A DNA stretch of 60,298 bases, counting the filler, from Syncephalis fuscata S228 (taxonomy: Eukaryota; Fungi; Zoopagomycota): the NCBI GenBank assembly GCA_025786725.1. It is 4 parts of 4 records of this genome, joined end to end, with 100 filler letters (N's around TTAATTAATTAA, not from the genome) between each part and the next. Parts side by side here need not be neighbours in the genome. Positions count along the whole stretch, not along the records: positions 50,207 to 60,298 come from JAHLTZ010000298.1; 3 more parts are not named here. One strand, given 5' to 3'. Positions 50,803 through 60,298 of the stretch are shown here, one piece after another (the first letter of the stretch is position 1; each line of letters opens with the position of its first letter). The position numbers were made by a program, and so were the translations under genes. The notes under the pieces were generated by a model, which had not been told where the DNA came from, did no database searches, and saw nothing but the letters and a program-made list of their open reading frames with translations.

Positions 50803-52126
50803 ATGACTAAATTTATTTCTTTTAACGCTATATCTAATTACGCTTTGTTGACACTTTTCAGTGTATCACTGGCAAATGCTATCGGGGCAGAGCTTGGTGG
50901 TGAGTGTGCATGCCTGCTTTAAATACACAGCTTTATTAAAACATTATCAATTGTAGCTGAACTCAATGATAGCAATCCTGGCTATGCCTATTTCAAAGAA
51001 TTCAGTGCACTTAAAAAACATGATTTCACATCAATTGAATGGATTGGTGGAGCATATGGAGTCAGCCTTGGCGATGTTGAATGGAGAGGCGAACGCAGGT
51101 TTTTAAAATGTTCACAAACTAGTCTAACGTTACGCGAGAATGTGGTGTTTGATGTAGGAATTCAGAATGTTTATTAGAAATTGGCTGACCACAGAAATAG
51201 ACACTAAAAGCGGTGGAAGGCCAAATTAAAGGCGATATAGCAAAAGGCAGAGCTTACATCCAACAGCCAATACATAGATTTGAAATACCCGGATCACCCG
51301 GTAGTCAAAGCAATAATGTTTGCTATATTTACTCATTTGTTGAAGGTAAAGAGTTGAACGAATTTAGCGACAAGAAATCATGGATAAACAAGGCTTTATT
51401 TCTTCCGCAGGTGTTTTATCAAGTGGCCCAAGGTATGTAGCAATATTGTAACCTGTATATTGCCACTAATAATAACTAGGTGTCATGTATTTACGCCACG
51501 TCAACTTAATTCATAACGACTTGGAGCGCAAAAGTAGGTTATCATTATTTATCTATATCGTTACCTAACTATTTTAAATAGATATTCTCGTTAAACATGT
51601 ATCAGAAGCAAAAACACTAAAAGCAACTATTATCGATTATGACATTTCTCAGCTAGCGGTCAACAAAGGCTTTTTAGTTACAAAAAAGTTGGTGTCAGTA
51701 AACGGTTTGAGCGCTTCTCCTTCACGTAGTCTATGCACTAGAGACAATAAAGACCTATCCAAAAAAATATTCAGGTCGATTACCGGCATTTTCCCGTCTC
51801 TCTTTGGTGCCGATGATAATGCTATGCTCAATGCGTTGCTAGAAATCTTCCGACTAGTCGCACGAACATCATGGCGATCAGAACGAAATCAATCGAAGAT
51901 GTTGGAGAAGCTAAAAGAAGAGTTTAGGAAAAATTATGAAAATCCTGAAGCTACAATGCTAAAACTTCCAACTGTATTTGATGTAGCAGCAGCAAAAGGC
52001 CTACTTAATCTTCTTGAATTTATGGTTTTAATAAGCGACAGCAACAAAGTAGGCTGCACAATCCCAGTTGAAATGTTAGCACCTACACCTATCGTTGAAA
52101 AGATAAAACAACCAGTAAAACAATAA
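50803..52126 (+). CDS. Signal-peptide-bearing divergent protein kinase-like protein
   Basis: N-terminus MTKFISFNAISNYALLTLFSVSLANA, GGAYG loop, RFLKC, GVMYLRHVNLIHNDLERKNILV, IIDYD. Confidence 0.75.
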
Positions 52127-52289
52127 TGCAATATATTTAAATAAATCCTAACTAGTATTTAATAATAATAAGCAAATTAATAATACTTTTGATATTTTTA
52201 TTGTGCAAAATGTTTAATTTAATTACTTGCAGGTTTATTAAATACTAATAAACATAGTTAGAACATTAGATAAATACTTTTACTATAAT

Positions 52290-53400
52290 ATGGGCGCTAC
52301 TTCACTTTGAGTTCCTAGCTTCAAACTAGAATAAAAACATCAATAACTCGAATAATAAATCATTGATTAGTTTTTACTACTAAGAAGTAGTATTTGTTGA
52401 AGCAGTATCATATTAACTTTGATTGAATTAATCAGTGTCTTAATTAATATGCACTATTTCCAATATTCAATATTAGTGTTAATAAAATTAAATAGTGTTT
52501 CATTTCACTTACAATAAAATAATACATTTAATTATGATGTTGATGCAACAATGTTAGTTTGATTTCTTATAATAGTACGTGGTAAGAAATCAGAAGGCCT
52601 TGGTTCACCACTGGCCATTGTGCTGAATATACTGTGCATGTTTCTACTAGCATTAACATCGCACTATTTATTCATTCATATAAACCATTGGTCTATTGCT
52701 TCATCTCTTAGAATATGACTATATTTCATTATTTTAATAATGACACCTTCTATGACTACACCTGTCTTTAAGAAACATCAACTTTGATTGTATTTCCTAT
52801 TACATTCAGTAATTTATTGGTAGTATGCTCTATAACAATGATTTTTAGTATTAAATGGCTTTAATGTTTCTACTGTATCTTGACTTCCTTATTCTTTATT
52901 TACTCCTTTCACCCTCAACACCTTTAAATACAATTAAACATTCACTCATTACTATAACATGTATAATATTACATCCAACATTAGTTCATTTATGTGTAAT
53001 TATCAGTATAATATGTAATTAGTTAGTTATCTTTATTATTGCTTAATATATATATATACATTGTCATTTATGATATCAATTGTTCAAATGTCATTTATTT
53101 AGTCAGATTGACTATAAGAAGATGACTGTTTAATAAACAACATCTATAAGAATTATATTAATATTGATCTTACATTACAAATATGTCCACAATACAATAG
53201 TAGAATATTAGAAAGTAGAAGAGATCATTCAAACGCAAGAATCCGTGCTGTACGTAGATGCAACGACTGCGGAACGATATGAAATTGCGATCATATGGCT
53301 TTTATTAATATTCGATCAATCTTTCTACGCATGACTAGCAACAACAATAATCGACCTCAAATGTTTCAATAGAATTAAGCAGTATGTCACATTATTTATT
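52290..53400. repeat. Diverged direct copy of the 46080-47040 interspersed repeat
   Basis: Shared blocks such as TATTTGTTGAAGC, GAATTAATCAG, CTTTAAATACAATTAAACA, CGCAAGAATCC and ATGGCTTTTATTAATATT. A partial inverted copy lies at about 53555-53680 and a fragment at about 55090-55150. Confidence 0.8.
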
Positions 53401-53789
53401 TAATCAATTTATTAACAATATTTTAATAGGAAGTAATATAACTATGTTGTACATAATAATGACATAACTTCAATTGGAACAAATTGTGCTTTGAGGGCAG
53501 ATGTGGGAGCAAAGTAAAATGCAACCATATCCTTTTAAATAAATAGTGTAACATATCATTTGATTTTCTTGAAACATTTGAGGTCAATCATTGTTGGCTA
53601 TGTGTAGGAAGATTAATTGAATATTAATAAAAGCCATATAACTGATTCCATATCATTCCGCAATTGTTGTTGTTGCGCTAATATATACATGCTATGTATT
53701 ATTTTATTTTTAGCTTTTAGCTTTTAGTACTTGTTAGGTGAGTTAAATAAACTGTATCATCATATAAAATATTGTGTCTCATTTAACAT

Positions 53790-54785
53790 CATTATAGTAT
53801 GGTTTGGGGACAAATGACTATTTTTATTAACATCCAATCTATTGAACATGATGATGGGTGGTGAGTGACATCAATCATCAAATACTCATCATTATAAATT
53901 CATTATTCAGTATACATATAACCAGTACACATTTATATCATTTCCATTCCATGATATATTAGACACATTTTATTGTTTACATGCTTTAATACACTTCATT
54001 CATTCCTCTCATTGCGCCATATACACTATAAACTTAACAGAGTTATTATGCTTTCTTACCATACATTTGTCATTTTATATACTGCTTTATTGTTTTATTG
54101 TCTACTAACTACGCACTATTTATTATAGTTGGCCTTTTGGTGCTAGCTATATTATTGGTCAATCTCAGCTTATTAAGCTTTATGTACTTGCAACCTATAG
54201 CAAATAGAATGTGTTTAATATACCATAGAATAATAATGATATAGGTGAATAGATTATATATGTGTACTGGATAATAGATCTACAATGATGAGTATTTGAT
54301 GATTGATGTCACTCACCACCCATCATCATGTTCAATAGATTGGATGTTGTTGGATGTTAGTCATTTGACCACTAAAAAGCAATAAATGTAATGATGTAGC
54401 GATTAAGTAAAACTCCCACTTGTCCTATGTTCAATAGATTGAATGTGCAGTGCAATTACGCGAATGTTATTAAAAGTTATTTGACCACCAAATCACATTA
54501 AATGACTAATAGATTGTTTAATGTAAAAATAGATATCTTCATTTAATTAATAATTAATGTAATATATACAATCCATAAATTAAATGGTATTGTACATAAA
54601 AAGACTATGAACAAACTGAAATACAGATGAAGGAGTTGCTTAAGTGGTGGAATAAAAGAAAGAATAAAAATCAATTGCATAAAAGCAAATATAATTATAG
54701 AATATATCAACAGTAGAACAATGAGTGTAATAATAATGACAAACAGCAGACAATAAAGACAAGTATATTCATAGAACAATGTCAC
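53790..54785. mobile_element. Foldback/MITE-like repeat, copy 2
   Basis: Inverted repeats AACATCCAATCTATTGAACATGATGATGGGTGGTGAGTGACATCAATCATCAAATACTCATC (from about 53829) and its reverse complement (ending about 54348). Homologous to the 12.1-13.1 kb copy. Confidence 0.7.
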
Positions 54786-55157
54786 TGGTAAAATAAGAAG
54801 TATGGATGCCAATGCATAAACAAATGCTATTATCATAGAACATGATATTATAATTGACAGCTAAACTTTTAAGCATTAAATTCAGTATATAAGCAACATT
54901 GTTTATTAAATGTTAAATAAAATACTTGTAAACATATTTATTCTAAACTATGTCTTGTATATATAATTAAATAGTGATCCACCAAAAGCGAAAGAAAAAG
55001 TGTTAGTGTAAATGGTTATACCAATATAATCACCACAGAGAACGCGGGATCGTTGCAGTGACTTTTTAGATTTTGAATGTAAGTTTTATTTAAATGTTTA
55101 AAATTATTACTAATACAATGTTCTATTACATTTAATTCTATTCTATTCTATTTAACA

Positions 55158-56988
55158 ATGATTGGTAGTACTCCCATTGCAGCTGTTCGACTATCCGAAA
55201 CGTCAAACTTTGACCTATTAGTCAAGCTAGAATACCGGAATCCCACCGGTTCAATTAAGGATCGTGTTGCCGACTGGTATCTAAAAGGTAAGAAGTCAGC
55301 GTAGATATACAAGTATTATTGACGTCAACCGTTTAGAGCTCCAGACTAAAGGACAATTTGGCGCGTCCTCAACTCTTGTCGTTCCAACCACTGGCAATCT
55401 TGGTAAGTATAGCATTTCTAAACTAAAGAATGCGCTAACTGACTATATATATATTAATATATCAATTAAAGCAATTGCTCTTGCGGCGCGTTCTCGACAA
55501 TTTGGCTTCAAAGTGATTGCTGTCGTGCCAGAAAGTACAAGTTTCGACCGAATTCACTTACTAAAAGCTCAAGGCGTCGAAATTGTACGCACTCCTAATG
55601 TACGACGTGCCTCAGAAGAAAGTTGCTTTGCCGTAGCTCGTCGTATTGCCTCTGGACTGACTAACGGCGTGCTTATTGACGAGGTAACATTGAAGGGTAG
55701 TTTATATAAAACATATAACTAACCAATGGTCACTATTTAGACTGAAGACTCAATTTCACCGCGAGATGTCTATCGCACAATGAGTCAAGAGATTATTAAT
55801 ATTTGCCCTGAAATGGATGTACTATTTGTGGGGGTTGAATCAGGCAGTAAGTGAAGGAAAAACATGACGTCAACCAAGTGTATAATGTTAATTAGGTGCC
55901 CTTCATGGACTTAGCATGTCATTAAGAAGTAAATATTCTAATCTTAAGGTAATTAAATCCAGTAGCATGTTATATTTTTATTAATCGCTATACAGGTGGT
56001 GGGTGTGTTACCAGATGGTGCTACATTTGAAGAAAAGAGTAAAAGTATAATCCAACAGGTAAAATTAAAATATATATTTATATATACCAACTATATTTAA
56101 TATGATAATTCTATTAGACTTGGAAAATTGAAGATATTGGCACTCAAGCTACTACACCACATATTGCCCAGGCATCTGTCGATCAATGGGCTTATATATC
56201 TGATCGTGATGCTTATTCTACCGCACGTGAACTTATTCGTGAATATGGCATTTTAGGCGGTAATAATCATAATCATAATAATTAATAGTATTTATTATAT
56301 AACTAATATGTAAGTATAAATATAAATATAGGTCCATCAGGTGGTGCAGTGGTGGCTGCTGCTCGTGAATATCATACAGCAAATAAGAAGCATAAGTTAT
56401 TTGCTATTATTAATGATTCAGCCACATTCTATCCATCCACTTTATTAAACGATGAATGGTTAATGGCCAATGATGTGGCAGGTGCCGCATTACTACGAGA
56501 GATTCAACATCAAGCACTAGAAAAATACCGCGGTGTAAGTTACTCTTTAGCGATAGTATTATGACTTACAGCAATATTAGGCGAGTGTTGAAGATCTTCA
56601 ATTATCGGCGGCTGTGACAATACGTGAAACAATGTCACTGGCCGATGCATTGGATCAAATGACTGAAAGAGAATTTTCTCAATTACCCGTACTTGATGAA
56701 CATCGTAAAATGATTGGATTTGTCTATGATGCTGATCTTCGTGCCGTTCTAGACAGCCAACAAGCAGCACCCACTGATCCAGTAAAGCAATGGATGCATC
56801 GCTTCTCTGGTGGTAGTCGTCGTCGCTACCAAGTCATTACACCGGATACACCATTAGCCGAATTGGCTTCATTCTTTGAACGACACAGTGCTGCATTTGT
56901 GACAGATATCCAGCGTCGTTGGTGTCTAGGTGTAGCAACTAAATATGATCTTATTCGATTTTTGACTGGTCGAGGACAAATAGTTTAA
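55158..56988 (+). CDS. Cystathionine beta-synthase-like protein (PALP fold plus C-terminal CBS pair)
   Basis: IGSTP, VKLEYRNPTGSIKDRVA, GVEIVRTP, GILGGPSGG, REFSQLPVLD, GVATKYDLIRFL. Confidence 0.85.
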
Positions 56989-57129
56989 TAATCTAATTGA
57001 TTTTATTCATTAATAAATACATTACTGATATAAAGATCATTCAAATAGTAAATAAATAATATTTCATATTTTATTACAATTATTATAATAGCTTTTATAT
57101 TTTATTTATATAGCTATAATACTTTGTTA

Positions 57130-59799
57130 TTACTGATAGTCTTCCTCCTCTTCTTCTTCTTCTTCAAGTCGAGTTCGTTTCATTGGTGATTTAGCAGCAG
57201 AGGCAACAGTATTAAGAAAGCGATTAATATGTCGCTCTCCTTGTTCATCTGCCAGAACTGCATCTGCAGGTTCCCATACTGTACGATAAGTGACCTGATA
57301 CTCAATTCTCTACCAATAGTATTGATTGTTAATAATGTTACTGTAATGATTAATCATTTACTTACTCCTCGACGTTCACGTACGCCAGATACACCTTTAA
57401 TACTGGGCGGTGAAGGTAAACTGGTCGATGAGAGTGAGAGGCGTGAACGTAACATAGATACACCTAGTGGTTGTTCTGTGTCACGTCGTCTTGAATTACG
57501 GGCTGCTCTATCCACCGACCAAGCATCGCGGCGATGTCGATCGGCAGTTATATGAGATGTAGTGGATTTCCGACCAATACGTGTGGTGGCAGCATCGGCG
57601 ATCTCACTATTAAACAGACGTCCACGTCGTTCATTCTGTATATCATACATGATATCGCCACCAATAGTACGTCGTCTATTGGCTCGTTCACGTCTTGACA
57701 TTGGATTTAGTAATTCTGGCCGGTTAGGATCTTGATCCGGTGTTTTTTGTAACTCTTCATCATTAAATATAGAATCTGGATCTGGTAATGGAGGTGCATT
57801 CTCTAATGCTTGTGCTAATTGATTAAATGAATGTGTTGTATCACGGATATCTTCTTGTGATATATCTCGATAGACTAGACGTTGAGGAAGTGTGTTATTG
57901 GCAGTAGCAGTAATAGTAGGCTGTTTTATTGTTGATGGAGATGTCATAGTTCTAGTATTCCAAAACTTTGGCCGAATTGGTGTTGGTGTATGTTCTAGAT
58001 ACTGACTAGGCGTGGATTGAGGTGTTGTTGTTGATGCTTCAAGTATACGTTGTTTTCTTGTAGTGTATTACTAACAGATGTGTTATTACAGTTCTTCTTG
58101 GTGATTGAATATCATTAACTACTAATAATGAATTATCTGCTTGTTGTGTTTCATTTTCTGTTAATATACTATAATGAGGAATGTCTATATATAAATCTTC
58201 TTCCTTCTTCTTCTAATGTTATTTCTTCTTCTTCTTGTTCTTGTTCTTCTTCTTCTTCTTCTTGTTCTTCTTCTTCTAATGTTACTTCTTCTTCTTCTTC
58301 TATTTCATTTTCATATGTTGACAGTAGATTACTTGTGGTAATTTCACTAGTATTTATTGACCCATATAAATCTGTTGTATCAATTTCATCTATAATTGTA
58401 GGTTGTGACAAGTGTTCCTTATTATTTGTTACTATAGTCTCATTAAGAGAATGTGTTGGTTGGTGTGTAGTTGGTGTCTGATTCGATGTCAATTTATTGG
58501 GCAATTTATACTGTGGTGATCGATCATCAATTGGTGTTCCATATAGACCACCAAAAACATTAACTTTAGATTTAATAGATTTACGTGGAGATCTAATTGG
58601 TGTATGATTATTTTCAATATTAATGTTATTATTGATATTACTACTACTACTAGTAGTAGTAGGTGTATTTGCCATCTTAATAGTTGTAGTCGGTGATGAT
58701 TGAGTTAAATCTATTTCTACAACACTATCTCTTAATGCATCTATTAATGGACTATGTATAGTAGCAGCTGGTCTAGTACTTTCAATAAGTGATGGTACTG
58801 TTACTCCATTCATCATTAATTCCTTATTTTTACTCTTTTCTACTTGAGCTCGATGATCTTCAAATCCTAATGATCTATACAAATCAGGAAATTGGTGTCT
58901 TATTCTAAATAGATATAATATGAATATAATAAGTATCGATGTAATAATAACTATATATCCTACCTATCACGGATATCTGTACCAGATCGACCTAAATCGC
59001 ACGTCTTTGAAATAAATGCCCATCGTGCGCCATGCTAAATAATATACATAGATATAGTATATTCATTATTATATCATCTATACTCGTGTTAAACTTACTT
59101 TAGTAACAGCCTCATAAATAATTTGATCTTCTAATTCTGTAAATGGAATACGACCGCCTCTTTTCTTAGCAATAAATCCACCAGGCGGCAATGGCCAATG
59201 GTTTGCAGTATCTGTTGATGTTTTAGCAAATTCTGTATTAGGATAAAGACGGCAATATTCTAAAGGAAATATTGTACGAAATCTAATAGATCATGGTTGA
59301 TATGAATACTTATGCCATTATAGATTATACTAACTTGTCTCTTAAATCTATGCCGGTATAGTTGTCAAATTTAAATGACGGATCATCTAGTATAGCCTTC
59401 CAGTTGCCTACATTATGCTAATTCATTTCAATATAGTTAGTAGTTGTATTAGTATATTCAACAGAATATCTACTAGTTACCTTGACACAAGCACGAACAA
59501 GCATATTTGTATGTTCGTCTGTCCATAGACGTGAAGAACGTAATTGTTGTGAAATAGTATCTGTCTCACTTGCTGTTGGTTGACTATCTATTTGTTCGCT
59601 GGTCTATATGCATACAGCATATATATATATATATTATGACTGGTTATTAACAAGTACTATGCTATCCATCATATCCTACCTCCTCTTCATTAGAATGTTT
59701 ACTATTACTTATAGGTACAGTTTCTTCATCGGAATGTTCTGAAGCACTATCTGGCTCCTTATTTCCACTCGCCATTCTTCTTGTCTTCATCGGTGACAT
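57130..59799 (-). CDS. Double-Myb telomeric-repeat-binding protein (Tay1/Teb1-like)
   Basis: Myb 1: WTDEHTNMLVRACVKHNVGNWKAILDDPSFKF...IDLRDKFR. Myb 2: PFTELEDQIIYEAVTKHGARWAFI...TDIRDRIR. Long acidic, low-complexity C-terminus. Confidence 0.8.
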
Positions 59800-60298
59800 G
59801 TTTTGTTGGTTGGTTAATACGTCTTGTTAATATTTAACTGGAATTAAGCGAAAAACAAATAATAGCTTAGTAAAATGATTTATTAGTAATAATAATAATA
59901 ATATGTAACTATTACGTGTAAACTATACAGTTTTGGTTTGTTTTGATTTTCAAATATTTATCACGTGACTGTAGAATACACTAACATTACTATGAAAGTA
60001 GAATATTATTACAATTCAGCTTTATTATTCTTATCAATAACCGTAACAATAACAACAACAACCGCAGTAGCAGTGTGGTATTACTGTTTACTGCGCGTAA
60101 TTGGCTTTGCAATACAGAGACTAGTCTATTTTCCGTTCTTTGTGCTATAATCCGAACTGCATTCTTTGTGTGTGCGTGTCTGTGTGTATTTTGCTCTTAT
60201 TTTGGCGCGTTTTTGGAGATAGCTGTAGATTGACTACATGAATGTCTCCCCTTTCATACGATCGTACTGCAGAGATGGTCAGTACGACGGCCGGTACT

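Noticed and set aside
60238-60298. Possible start of the next + strand gene
   Set aside because: Too short at the window edge to assign a frame or product.

Overview
AT-rich, intron-dense eukaryotic DNA. Gene style and content point to an early-diverging fungus, probably Zoopagomycota/Syncephalis-like (inference). The window is four contigs joined by 100-nt N/TTAATTAATTAA spacers (13614-13713, 37996-38095, 50107-50206), and several conserved genes carry 1-nt indels that look like sequencing errors. Recognisable genes: tRNA-Asn, a LisH/CTLH-WD40 protein, NSA2, SNF8, AMD1, an ankyrin protein, QCR9, LSB6, an SPX-SLC13 phosphate transporter, TIM8, GCD7, POP2/CAF1, OHCU decarboxylase, an ABCC transporter, two tandem secreted Thr/Pro-repeat proteins, a permuted ATP-grasp protein, a secreted kinase-like protein, a CBS-like enzyme and a double-Myb telomere-binding protein. 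Main finding, invisible in the ORF track: the ~82-bp 'tandem repeat' at 24.0-27.8 kb (- strand) reads as a gene. It has a signal-peptide exon, then 39 intact (plus 1 decayed) consecutive 3-nt micro-exons, each flanked by splice sites, and a short terminal exon. Spliced in order they give MKLFIIVACTLTIAFVASTAIVEARPALARR-ANEEKCTAYYEKYCVFCKPEDKKSYIDDCITRCNQNRCPNIE*, a secreted six-cysteine peptide with an intron inside almost every mature codon. Also seen: two U12-type introns (one AT-AC), a U4atac/U4-like snRNA candidate, two different tRNA-derived SINEs with target-site duplications, and a foldback repeat whose interior is inverted between its two copies.
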